A DNA stretch of 64,000 bases from Felis catus (taxonomy: Eukaryota), in NCBI RefSeq assembly GCF_018350175.1, contig NC_058368.1:232378001-232442000 (forward strand), given 5' to 3'. The notes under the pieces are model-generated. The model did not search any database. It had not been told where the DNA came from and saw only the letters and a program-made list of their open reading frames with translations. Made by a program: the position numbers and the translations under genes. How positions within the stretch are numbered: the first letter of the stretch is position 1; every line of letters starts with the position of its first letter. This document shows positions 51,979 to 64,000 of the stretch, piece by piece.

Positions 51979-52974
51979 TTTTAACTGTTAATTGTATTTT
52001 AAATACATTGAAATAAATCTCTTAATTTTCTCTTATGTTTACTATTTCTAAGGCTCTACATTCCTTTATGTAGACAAGTTTCCATGCGGCATGATTTCCC
52101 TTCTACTTGAAGGAATTTCTTTAACATAGCTTGTAGAGAAGATGTGTTTGCAAAAACTTGTCTGTTCTTGTTTGACTAACCATGTCATTTTGCCTTCCAG
52201 ATGGAAATGTAGTTGGATGGGGACTTCTGGTGGGCACCCCCTCCTTATGCTTTGTAGACCCACTGTGTCATGTTCCCTGGAACCTCGTCCAGCTGCTGGG
52301 AACAGTTTTTTTGAGAAAGTCAATGGGAACTGCGTGTCAAGAAAAGAAAGCGGTTGGATAGAGGATAGATAATAAGCATTAACTCCACGTTTAATTTGAT
52401 GTGAAAACTGCCCTTTTTACCAATTCATGTCCCCATCAGCAGAAGCTAGGGCATTTTGAGTTGAGTTGCATTATTAAGTTTATAATGTTCACCTAACCTC
52501 AAACCTTTAAAACCTTTGCTCAACAGTCCAAAGAGATTTTTAGTTAAATTAAAAATTCTACCTAACTCAACGGTATTGTACGTTTTTGAGCAGAATATAT
52601 ACAGAAGCAGTTGGATGACCTTTCTAGTTTTTTTCCCCCCAGAATTTATTCTGCTGAAGTGATATTAGTAAGCCTTACTAGAACACGACAATTCTTTGCA
52701 GAATGTCACATTATTATTATTATATAGTTGGCATTTGAACACATATAGCTGGCGTTTAAATTTTCTTAGAAAATTTAAAGAGAACTCATCTTTTCTTCTT
52801 TGGCACTGGCAACTTTGAACCTATTCTCTGCAAGCTCCGGAACTTCCAGAAGAAAAAGCACAAAACCACGTGGTGCAGGAGAAGAAGGGACACCCAGCCA
52901 TTAACATCAAAGGCCAACCAAAATTTGTGAGACATGTTTCGTCAAATGTGGTCTTTTAAAAGAAATGAATGCTT

Positions 52975-53185
52975 GGGGCGCCTGGGTGGCTCTGTGGCTT
53001 ATGCGTTGGACTCTGGGTTTCCTCTCAGGTCAGGATCTCATGGCTCGTGAGTTTGAGCCCCACATTGGGCTCTGCACTGGCAGCACAAAGCCGGCTTGGG
53101 ATTCTCTGTCTCCTCTCTCTGCCCCTCCCCTGATGCTTCTTTCTCTCTTGCTCAAAAATAAAGAAATACACATTAAAAAATAATT
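52975..53185 (+). mobile_element. Can-SINE
   Basis: SINE head, CT tract, A-rich tail. Confidence 0.94.
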
Positions 53186-53349
53186 AAGCAAAAATAGGTG
53201 AGTGCTTAATACTGTTTGTAAGGGTGCTGTACGTAGGAGCTGAACACTGTCCCCTTTAGAGGAAGCGGAGTGTTGGGGGAGAGGTGGAAAACCACCCCCA
53301 AGCCAAAGTCCTATCCCAACGGGTCTTTGTCCACCTCAGCTCCACATTC

Positions 53350-53660
53350 TGGGACCGCCTAGTGACCACTGTCCTCCCGCCGTGGGTATTCCCAGGAGGG
53401 CCGTGGCATCACCTGATTCAGGTGTCCTTCACTCCGGGAGCCCTTCGCCATCTGGGCAGATGTGACCCATTGAGCGCACCGACCTCCAAACCCTGCGGGG
53501 CTTCTCGGCACCCAGGCACCCCGCCTTCGTCCCGGACGGACGCCTTCTCCCGGATCTGTGCGAATCCTGCTCGGCCTTCAGGGCCCCCGCGAACCACCAC
53601 GCCCTGGGTGAAGCCGTCCAGAAGCCGCAGGGGAAGTTAGCGCTCTTTTCCCTGCAGAGG
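53350..53660. promoter_or_regulatory. Small CpG-island-like segment
   Basis: More than 20 CpGs in about 300 GC-rich bp with no recognisable repeat. Confidence 0.5.
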
Positions 53661-55694
53661 GACAGAATGCTGCCTGGGGTGGTGGTTTACTTCTGTGCCC
53701 CTCCTGGGCCTTGCTGGGGTGGGGGTTGCTTTCCAACAGCACGGGCACGTGGTGCAGGTGGCACTTGAGGTTTGCAGGGAGACCTTAGGTGCCCAGAACA
53801 AGAACACCCACAACTGAATTGTCCCTGCCGCACCCTAGTCTCCCCCGGCCCAATCTCCTGGTGCACAGTGTCAGTTCCTCCGATGCTCCCCGTGTTCATA
53901 GGGTCAGGGAGCAGGGGACACCTGCGTGTGACATCACCAGCAGACGTTCCCGGGGTTCCACAAGCTGCCTTGTCAGGAAGGGTGAGCAGTGGCTGGCTTC
54001 CGTCTGTTCAGTCCAAATAACCCGGTCCAGCTATGTTATCTCAAGGCTGGGCTCCCAAAGCAAGGAGAACAGAAGCCTCAAGGGCTACCCAGATTTCTCT
54101 CTTAAAAAAAAAAAAAAGGCCTTGACCTTGTTTACTTTTTAGCCTCAGTTCTAGCACATAGGCACACAGCGAATGCCCACGATGAACTGGGTGAACATCC
54201 GTACCCAAAATGGCATTGACCTTCAGCTGGGGCAGAAGGGAGAACTCTGCACGCACAACAACAAATGAGCCGATGTTTGAGGTGTAGAAAAAAAAACCTT
54301 TGACGGAAACTTTCAGGAAGTTCCAACCAATTCCTGTTTGAATAACAGCCCAGTGTGTGAGTGGCATCAGACCACCCTGTAAAGGTGTGCGAGTCCACAA
54401 TCGGCTGCCCTTGGGCTGAGCATAATTCCTGACACTTGTGCCTTCCCTATGGGACCAGTCTCTCCGCATTGGCTCAGGTGGCCTGTCTGTGGTGTGCATT
54501 TCTGCCTCAAATATAACAGCCCAGTGATTGCCATTTTTGTTACTTTTTTATGTTGTACTTATTCTTGAAAGGTCCCTTGGGATATCAAGAATAGATTATT
54601 GTTTTTCTCCTCTATTTTTCTCCATATTTCTATAACACAGCTCCGTCCCACTGAGTGTGTTGAAAGTAAAAAGACGCACGTTCAGCCACCAGACAAGTTA
54701 TAGGCTCTGCTTCCAGTCGGGCAGGTGACAGTATTTTAGCATCTTCAGCACAAGAAAGAGAACAGTTTTGCTGAATGTGTTCACTGCTGTCCCAGCTGTT
54801 TTTCTGAAGTTTGAGCACTATTTGGCATTTCGATGCCCTATTTTGGAATGCATCAACAAAGAGGAGAGACAGAAGGAAACACATTTTAAAATGACAGAAA
54901 CGCTGGGCAAAGTACACTGGCAATGTCAAATTCAAGTTAGTCCAGAATGGTATCAGCCGGGGGCAGGGGGGCTCAGTTCCCCTCTTCAACCTTTGAACTT
55001 GCCATGCGGTATCTGGGGTTCAGCAAATGCCTCACTGATGTTTAATTGGGGGTAGTTCCTCCCGTTTCTGTTTGAGTTGACTCATCTTTTCTGGATTTTT
55101 GCAGGCTCAGGTGGAAGTTCCTGTTAGAGAATAAATTTCTTCATTAGTAATGTGTCTTCATTAGCAAGCAGCTGTGCTAAATGAACCTTTTCATGTAATT
55201 CTGTGCATATGATCTCAGCTGAATGCCATCTACCCAGTTCATTGCCACAAATATAAGCTAATAACAAATCTCAGGTATGGAATTCAGTGAAACCTATTAA
55301 CATTAAATCTCAGAGGGAGAAATTAACTTCCTCTGAAGCTGCTCATACAAGGTCTGTGGTCTCGGATGTCCAAATCGTTGGCCACTAAATCGCAGAGGGA
55401 GCTCACGCTGTATCCTTAGCAGCTGTCACTTGGCTCAAAATCCGTAAAGGTCATCATTGTAAATTTAGCTTCAGAATCAGAAATCTCTGGATCACATTAG
55501 CCTCTGTAGGTCACACTGGCCAAATCCCAGAAATTGCCAAATGAAGTAATAAACATGTTTTGTAGTTGTCACGCGTGAAAGGCAATCTTCATTTTTGTAA
55601 GTCAAACAGGCTGCTGTATGAGGAACAGGATGGTCATACACTTGACTAAGTCATTCTCAACAGATCACAAAGCATTTAAAAAGCCCTCATGGAA

Positions 55695-55923
55695 GGGGGC
55701 CTGGAGGGCTCAGTCGGTTAAGCGTCTGAGTTCTGCTCAGGTCACGATCTCGCGGTTCACGAGTTCAGGCCCCACGTTGGGCTCTGTGCCGACAGCTGGG
55801 AGCCTGGATCCTGCTTGGGATTCTGGTCTCCCTCTCTCTCTGCCCCTCCCCCACTCACACTCTGTCTCTCTCTCTCTCTCTCTCTTAAAAATAAAGAAAA
55901 CACTAAAAAAATACATAAAAACC
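55695..55923 (+). mobile_element. Can-SINE
   Basis: TSD AAAAAGCCCTCATGGA at 55678-55693 and 55924-55939. Confidence 0.97.
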
Positions 55924-55959
55924 AAAAAGCCCTCATGGAGTTTTCAGAAGTTAGGATCT

Positions 55960-56295
55960 ATTGTTTCAGTCAGAAAAGCTATGCGGTGCTCTGACAAGAA
56001 ATAAATCCGAAACCTCAGTGGTCGGAAAGAGTTAAGGTTTCTTTGTGGCTTATGCAGTGTGAACTGGCAAGGACCCTGTGCCCAGAGTAATCCTCTGATG
56101 TTCGCACCAAGTGAAGACTCATCTCAGCACAGGTTATCACGATTCTACAGCGGGTGTGCTGGGACGTGTTCACACAGTGGTTCTTACGGCTTCCACCCCG
56201 CAGTCTTGTTATTTCGCTTCCACTGGTGTGCCAGTGGCCAGACCGAGCTCCTTGCCAGCCCCCTTTAAGGAAATTCAGATGTGAAATGTGCTGGG
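55960..56295 (-). mobile_element. Old MLT1-like LTR fragment
   Basis: TTTCAGTCAG...GCTATGCGGTG...AAACCTCAGTGG, resembling a reversed MLT1 terminus. Confidence 0.45.
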
Positions 56296-58557
56296 AGAAG
56301 GCGGGCAAGGCAATATCTGGAATGACTATGACATCGTTAGACTGTTGGCAGAAACGCAGATTGGGAAGGAACTTCACGGTGGTGCAGTTTACAGGTTGAG
56401 TTTCCAAGTTGAGAAACCACGAGCGCTGGACAACACAGCTCTGTGGCCAGGCCTCAGATGGCCTCACGGCTCCTGGGGACATCATTCACTTCTCAGGGTT
56501 GGTGGCTTTCCTCAGGGTCCCGTTTCTTGGCAAGGAGTAAGGGCATTCCTGGGCAAAAGAAAGGTGCTAGGACTCAAAACAGCATCCTGCTGCACCCAGA
56601 GAACTTTGCGTTTATCCAAAGCTAATGGGACACCTGGAGAGTACGTGTGAACAGAATTGCCTTACTATTTTTAAAATCGGTCTTCAAACCAAGTCCCAGA
56701 AGAGAGAAAGAACGTTGGGAACGACTGCCTGACGCTCAACATCCACCTTGCCTGATGATCAGGGGTATATAATCCTGACTACGCTACTATCATCCCGATG
56801 TCCAGGCTGATCACAGAACAAGTAAGTAAGTGAACCGAAATTTCTGGGGGTGGGGCCCGGATGTGGGAATACTGCAGCCCACTACGGATTTGAACTGTGT
56901 AAATTCCCTCACACAAATTCTCTGTGATGTCTATTCAAGGACCAAAAGTACAATAGCAATAGTTAATCTTAATTGTCACAGGTGCACCACTGGAGAGAAG
57001 TGGATGGTCTCCATGGTAACAGAGCCTCAAGCTCTGTGACTTCAGGGGTTGAATGGATTTGTGTTCTTGGCTCCTGTGCCTTCCAGCCCAGAACAGGCTC
57101 GCTACCTTCCTCCGTTAACCACCTAATGAGAAAGCGTTGATTTTCAAAAACGTGTTTTTCCTAGAATGTAATTTAGCCTCTTGCAAGCAAAAGGCTTGAA
57201 CTATTCAAATAGATGGGGATCCTCTAAAGGAGGTCCTTGAGGATACGGATGGTTCCCCAGGGATCACATGTAAAAGAAACTTTCAAAAGCAAAAGCAAAA
57301 CATGGGAGATATTTTTTTCAGACGGATCAGACACTGTCGTGACCTTTTTCAGGCTAAAGTCTATATGAGAAAATGTAAGTCAGAGCCACTGTCCCGGCAT
57401 GACTGGCCAGCGAGGCTTGCTGACCTCAATTATTGTCCAGCCAGGCCATGATCTCTAACAAACGGGTAGGGGCCCGGATCCAGGCAGACAGACCAGAGCA
57501 GGCACGCCAACGTTTGCTTTCACATCTATCAACAGATGTACCGGGCCTCACGAAATGGCCGTGGCTAGAAACGCTAGGAAGGGATAAGCATCTGGACACC
57601 AGTGTCACTGGGATGGGGACCTTTCGCACCAGATGGAAGTGGGGTTCACAGCCATTGCCCAGACCGGAACCGGTGGCCCTCAGGCAGCAGGGGAAAATGC
57701 AGATGAACTGGCCGTCAGCAGCCAATGTCTGCTCTGGGGACAAATCGCCACACACAGGTGTCCTATGCCCCACAGCAAGCTGGGGCACTGCTTGTAACAT
57801 GTCGCCCCAGCACCAACACCTGTAACCACAGGGAGCCTTCCCAACCTCACACGGGCCCCCTGGTTCTCCTGCTAGTTCTGACCTGTGTCACAGGGCATTC
57901 CAGACCCCCTCCCGGCAGCCCCAGTGCCCATTTCAACTGGCATGGCCTTCGTTTGATGCCAGCGTGGTAACTTCACTTCCCGGATCAGAGACGCGCATTG
58001 GCTCCCCGCTTCCTCTAACACCGCAGAGGCCAAGGGTGCGTGAGTGTTGGTGAGCAGTCAGCCATCCCTTGCAGGTAAGAGAGGGACCCATAATGAATAA
58101 ATGGCCCTGCTTCTTATCCCTGGCCAGACAGGAAGGCACAATGTGATAGCATAGGATGAAGAAAATAAATTTGTAACTTACTTAATAATTTGAAAGACGA
58201 TCCACCGTCAGAGTCATAGCCAGGAAGATTAGAGAAGTGAGAGAACAGTTTCTGTTCTTTTGAAAATCATTTTTGACAGGTGTGTGTCAAAAATGCACCC
58301 ATCTGTGCGCATCTGCGTGGGTGCGTGTGTGTGTGCCTGTGAATCTAATTCATCTCTCACCCTCTGAGCTCTTGGGGGCATACAGGGACACACCTGCTGT
58401 AGCTCACACTTGGTTATGAGCAGAGATAAGGGAATGTGGCACCCGAGAAGTGTGGACAGTCATTATCCCTGGCAGCTTTGCGAATTTTTTCTGTAGTGGA
58501 AGCAACAAAACTCTTCCTGGAACATTCTTGGCCCCTGGGATGGCAAAGGGCATTCTA

Positions 58558-58749
58558 ATTTGTTTTTTTTTTACTTTTTTTTTGAGGGGGGGGGAGGACC
58601 AGAGAGAGAGGGAGACACAGAATCCAAAGCAGGCTCCAGGCTCCAAACTGTCAGCACAGAGCACGACGCGGGGCTCGAACTCATCAACCACGAGATCATG
58701 ACTTGAGCCGAAGTTGGATTCTTAACCGACTGAGCCACCCAGGCACCCC
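58558..58749 (-). mobile_element. Can-SINE (shortened CT region)
   Basis: TSD GGCAAAGGGCATTCTA at 58542-58557 and 58750-58765. Confidence 0.96.
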
Positions 58750-59554
58750 GGCAAAGGGCATTCTAGAGTCAGACTTTGGTGTGGACTTCTGGGAGTGTGG
58801 ATGGATTATTGGGCAGATCCACGGCTGGGAGTTTTGAGTTCCATTTCTGGAAAGGTGGGTAAAGACCATTCCCCATAGACTTGAGGCAGTGCCCTTTCTC
58901 CAAGAGCCATGGGTATGTGAAGAGGAAGAAATTCACGGTTAGGAATTGGGGTGTACCCTGACCCCCCTGGGAGCCTTTGGTAGGGTCCTGTTTTAGGGTA
59001 TAAAGGGAGAGAAGTCAAGACAGGTGAGGGCCCCTCCCTTTACACATGCAGGGGAGTAGCCTCCTGCACCACCTCTATCCTTGTGGGGAAGTTGCAGTTG
59101 AGGGGGCGGGGAAGTATAGGGACAGATCGGCAGGTGCAGGGAGGTCATAGAGAGATGGGATGAGATCAGGCTGGGAACAGTGAGAAGCTTTGCAAGGGGC
59201 CAGAAAGGGATCTGGTGGGGAGGGAATGGGCAGAGAGAGGCTGGGTGGGAAAAGTGAGGGGTAGGGACAGGTTGGGAGGTGCAGAGAGAGAGCAAGTGGG
59301 CCTGAAAGCAAGCCCAGAGCCCCATACTGGTAGTCTGTGAGATAAACACTGTCCTCTTTCCATTTGTGACCTGGAAATATTGACTTCTGAAAAAAGGAGA
59401 GGAGAACAGTTAGATCTTGTGTCTATTGAACGGTGGGTCTTTCTAGAAAGGCTGTTAAGACCATTTACAGTCTGGGTTCAGTTTGTGTATTTAGCCCCCA
59501 CGACTCTCCTACGCATTTCCAGCTGAGTTAAGAACGGGTGATTTGTGTTATAAT

Positions 59555-60672
59555 GATGAAAATCCCGAACACAGACCACACCAAAAGCTATCGAGGATGT
59601 GAAGCAACTGAAACCTTCATCCACAGATGGTGAGAATGAACATGGCACGGCCACTTTGAAAGACAGCTTGGTGGTTTCTTACAAAACTAAACATACTTTT
59701 ACTTTATGATCCAGCAATATCATCCTCGGTATTTATCCAGGTGAAATCCTGTGTTGAAATCCTATGTGCATACAAAAACCCACACACAGATATTTATAGC
59801 AGCTTTATATATAAGGCCAAAAACCCAGTCTATAAAAAAAGGTGCCCTTGAATAGGTGAATGGATAGAGCCCTCTACATCCAGACAGTGGAATTTTATTC
59901 AGCACTTTAAAGAAATGAGCTATCAAGCCATGAAAAGACACAGAGAAAACCTAAATGCATGTTACTCAGTGAAAAAGCTACACACTGTCTGATGACAACC
60001 ATATGACATTCTAGAAAAGGCAATAAAAAGATCGGTGAATGGGGCACCTGGGTGACTCAGTCCGTTAAACATCTGACTCTTGATTTTGGCTCAGGTCATG
60101 ATCTCATGGTTCATGAGATCAAACCCCACACTGAGCTCTGTGTTGACAGCATGGAGCCTGCTTGGGATTCTCTCTCTCTCCCTCTGTCTCTGCCCCTCCT
60201 CTGCTCATGCTCTCCCTCTCTCTCTCTCTCTCCCCTTTTCTCTATCTTTCTCTCTCTGAATAAATAAATAAACATTAAAAAAAGAAGATTTACTGAAGAT
60301 AGTAAAAAGATCAGTGGTCGTCAGGGATTGGGTTGGGGGAGGAATGAATAAGCAGAATACAGAGGGCCTTTAGGGCAGTGGAATTATTCTGTGTGACACT
60401 ATAATGACGGACACCTGTCAGTACACATTTGTTAAAACCTTTAGAATGTACAACACCAAAAGTGAATCCTAATGTAATCTATGGATTCTGGAAGATTAAG
60501 ATGTATCTGTGTAGGTTCATCAGCTCTAGCAAAAGTGGCTACCCTGGTTGGGGGTGTTGATGATGGGCAAGGCTGTTTGTGTGGGAGGACAGGAATCTAT
60601 GGAACTCTGTACTTTCTGCCTCAGTTTGCTAGGGACTTAAAACTGTTCTAAGAAATAAAGTCTATTAAAAAA
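59555..60672 (+). mobile_element. L1MC1-like 3' end interrupted by a SINE
   Basis: GAAATGAGCTATCAAGCCATGAAAAGACA, AGAATGTACAACACCAA, GGAACTCTGTACTTTCTGC, terminal AATAAAGTCTATTAAAAA. Confidence 0.88.
60041..60283 (+). mobile_element. Can-SINE
   Basis: Full SINE with expanded CT tract, inside the L1MC-like element. Confidence 0.95.
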
Positions 60673-60838
60673 TTGCTGTTTTCCCAAGTGTGTCATGAAC
60701 TTTCTTCCACTACAACTTTATATTGTCTAGCCCTATCCATCTATTATGCTGTTACCGTCCACACGTGGCTACTAAACATATCTACATCCTTTAAAGAAGC
60801 TCTGTGTTCCCTTCTTCATGAACACAGTTCCAGGCTGA

Positions 60839-61060
60839 CTTTTTTTTTAAATTTTTAATGTTTTTATTATTTTTGAGACAGAGAGAGACAGAGCATGAGC
60901 AGGGGAGGGGCAGAGACAGAGGGAGACACAGAATCCGAAGCAGGCTCCAGGCTCCGAGCTGTCAGCACAGAGCCCGACACGGTGCTCGAACCCACGGACT
61001 GTGAGATCGTGACCTGAGCTGGAGTCAGACCCTTAGCCGACTGAGCCACCTGGGCGTCCC
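60839..61060 (-). mobile_element. Can-SINE
   Basis: Reverse SINE ending CACCTGGGCGTCCC. Confidence 0.95.
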
Positions 61061-64000
61061 TGAACTTTTGAATAGGGTTCTTAGTCAACCTTGTGAAATA
61101 TACTCAGGTGACCTTGTGTTTGCCTCAGTCATTCCTATCAGGTTCCTATTAGATCACTTCTTGTTTTAGGTAGGGGAAGTGTTCTTTTTATTGCCAGTTG
61201 TGCTTAGGAATGTGATCTGTATGATTATAAGAACTATTGCTGTTGACGTTGTTAAAATTGCCTTACTTTGACAGGAAGCCCAGATCTCCATCCTGAGTAC
61301 TAATTCCTAAAACAGCAATTGAACACGTGTTGTTTCATGTTCGTTTGGTGGTTCTCCTGTTGGCTTCATATCATTGTCTTCATTCTGTGTGACACATCCT
61401 CAAAACTGCACTGTCCTTTCTCGTCTAACACTCTCCTAGGAAAGATCTATCAAACTCATTTACACTAAGCTGTAAGTGACGGATAACCCATGCCATGATC
61501 TTCCAAGTAAGGGGTATTCCCAAGAAAGAAAAACTAAGACCAGGAGCTTTTAATTTTAAGAACGGGACCCACATATGTCAGGGAGAACAGGAAGCTATAA
61601 AGACAGTGAATTTTCAAGTAGAATTAACTTTGCTTGAAGAGGGTTCCACAAAATGAGTATATAACAGCACACGGTACAAAATTCACAAGACATTTACAAA
61701 TGAAGCGTGAGGGTTCAACTAGGAATTTCAGTGTGTCTGATATTCCCAATATTTACCCCGGTACCTCTTTCTGCCCTGAGATTAGGGTCTGGAAGCTTTC
61801 GAAAAGCATTACTTAAGATGAAGACATTGATCTCTCGAACAAACTGACTAGACACAGGGTAAATGCTTATTTTTTAATAGATGGGATGAAAGTTGAGACT
61901 CTGGGCTATACTGCGGTCGCTCCGTATGGTCAACAGCCAACTGTGCTCTCCAGGGGAATAGGGAAATACGCAAGAGTCACCTCACTCTGGAAAGGTCATG
62001 AAGGGGGAGATGCCAAGGAGGGAAAGATTTGGTTTTTCCAAACCCTCAAAGACATGAAGGACTGCTCTCCAGAAGCATTCTAGTTTAGGGCGCAAGATGT
62101 CTCCTTATGGCTGATACACTCTAACGATAATCCTGCTGCAGGGAAACAGGTGTGCAAAGGAGAAGTCTTGATTAATGATGGCAGCTTGGAAAGTCATCCA
62201 TTGTATCTGTTCAAAGTGGAGCTGAGATGTCTTAAATAACAACCAGTGGCTAAAACCAGAAAGCAGGAGAACGCTAGTTCACTTCTTGCGATGTCTTCAG
62301 CAAATGCCCAGGTGAGCCATAAATTCACCTGGGTCAGAAGAAAGCTTCCCTCTCCTGTATGTTGCTGCTCCTATCGGGCCTTCTGGAAGATGTACTGGGA
62401 GGAAACAGAAGGTCTGAATGTTTGGCCGACCTTCTTGCAGTTGCTTTATTGCAACATTCCAGCCTGAGCGCACCGGTTACCTTTATCCCTCACCCCTCGT
62501 CCACAGCTCATGTGTGGGGTCCTTGAGATGCCCGTGCTGCCGTCCCAGCTGATGAAAGGGCACCCTTGTCCTGAGAGGGGATTTGGGCAGTGAGGTCCTG
62601 AAGGGTGGTGGGTTTACACTCTAGCTTTGAATCATCTTTGGCCCCTGAATTCTTTTTTTTTTTCTTCAACCTGTAATATGCTGCCTGATTGTCTGACCCT
62701 TCAGGAAGCTGGCTCCATGAGAACATGGTTGCCTCATGATAAGAGAAAAGGAAGGCATGGATTTTTCTCTACTTAGGACCGAGCATCCATTCCTGGCCCA
62801 ATACTGGCTGAAGGGAATATAGACTCCACCTTGAACACGGCATTTTGCCAATAGGGACGCAATGGTCGCTGTGCCCCCCGGTGACTTTGGGTTGTAAATT
62901 CAGAGGTCAGTAGCCCCCAGGAGTCTGCACTGCTGTTATGTGTAGGAGGGAAGGGTGGCATCCACAAGGGTGGAGGGGGGGTTCCTTCTGTGCTGCCTGG
63001 GTGCTGGGAAGCATGGGGGAATGCTGGGAAAACCAGACTTGAGGTTACAGGGCTGTCTTCACCGTCCTCCCCCACAGCAGCCCTGCAGTGAAAGTTGTAG
63101 GGAAGCAAGGACTGACTGTGACCTGGGTCCTCAGCCCCTGGGAGAAGAGCAGAGTGGGAATTCATAAATCCTGATTCTCTTCCAGGTGGCTGACATCCCC
63201 TGGAGAGGTGTGATCGTCAGAGGCGTTCGCATGAAGGAGTGGGGACTGGTTGGCTGGGGTGGGGAAGGGCTTCCAGCAGCTGATATGTCTGAACCCGGTA
63301 AGATGGCATTTCCGGGAGTCCCGAAGAAGGGAGAACTGCATCCTGAGTAGGAAAAGGACATGAGGGGACCAGAAGGGAAAGCACACAGCTCAGAGAAGGT
63401 TGAGTAAGCTGACAGCATGGTGTGCTCAGCTAGCTGCTTACCACTAGGGTTAGTCTATCATAGAGGCTCAGGACGTTCCCATCTTCCCAGAGGAAGAGGG
63501 CGTAAGAGTGGTGGTTTCCGGGGCAATGAAAGTAGGAAGGGACATTTTGCATGTGGTTAGGGATTGGTGGCTTGATAAAGAGTGAAGACCTCCATTTCCG
63601 AAGACCTCCTGCACGAGGGGACATAAATCAACTTCAACATTTCGTTATGGCTTGAAAAAGAACACCTACAATTTTCATAAAGGTTTATAATCCAAATAGC
63701 CATTTCGTGTGGTGTAAGTAAAACAGGAAATATGTCCTCCTGCTAAGGTAAAAGTAAGGAAAGGACACAAGTGAGCAAACTCCAGAAATCATAATGAATA
63801 GAAAGCCAGCTGCGGGGCACGAGGGGTAGCCCCTTAGAGAGGATGGGACGTGGTGCTGGGACACGGTGGGCCAAGGAGAGAGGAAAGGCAACTTCAGCCC
63901 AGCTGAAGACAGCGGAGGTCTGAAGGGAGGAGCCACTGAAGGATGTTCACAGGGAGATCCTGCGAGAGGAACAATCAAACATAAGCTTCTCTTACTTGTA

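Larger units (their letters stand above)
47990..52330 (-). mobile_element. Long ancient L1M relic hosting SINEs, an MLT1A-type LTR and Charlie1b
   Basis: Reversed L1 ORF2 motifs (TTTGGGCTATT, TTCCAATCCAGTGA, GGTGAGAGCAG, CATTCCTGGGGATAA, TTCACCAGTAAGGCCATCTGGG) resume across younger inserts. Confidence 0.7.

Noticed and set aside
53284..57825. Several 110-156 aa ORFs in the GC-richer right part
   Set aside because: No recognisable domains, overlapping on both strands, and some cross repeats; expected when stop codons are scarce.
58268..58295. Perfect 11-bp inverted repeat CATTTTTGACA/TGTCAAAAATG with a 6-nt loop
   Set aside because: Too short for a miRNA hairpin or MITE, and one AT-rich example in 64 kb is plausible by chance.
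1..64000. CRISPR array, operon or other prokaryotic-type system
   Set aside because: The sequence is mammalian; there is no regular repeat-spacer array or gene-dense block.

Overview
This is mammalian nuclear DNA from a cat-family genome, identified by about 28 tRNA-derived Can-SINEs that include the young felid SINEC_Fc type. I cannot support any protein-coding gene. The only ORF-track entries with recognisable protein are broken LINE-1 ORF2 fragments; the rest read as translations of SINEs, microsatellites or random sequence. The window looks intergenic or deep intronic and is layered with repeats: SINEs (many with clear target-site duplications, TSDs), carnivore-age and ancient L1s, L2/MIR fossils, ERVL/MaLR LTRs, an ERVL pol/dUTPase remnant, hAT DNA transposon fossils and microsatellites. 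I see no convincing undescribed biological system. The best leads are a SINE split by about 260 bp of captured DNA, a possible orphan signal-peptide exon, a perfect 69-bp tandem duplication, an L1 with a 5' inversion, a small CpG island and possibly polymorphic young SINEs. Repeat subfamily names come from recalled consensus sequences, not from a search, and boundaries of old repeats are approximate.
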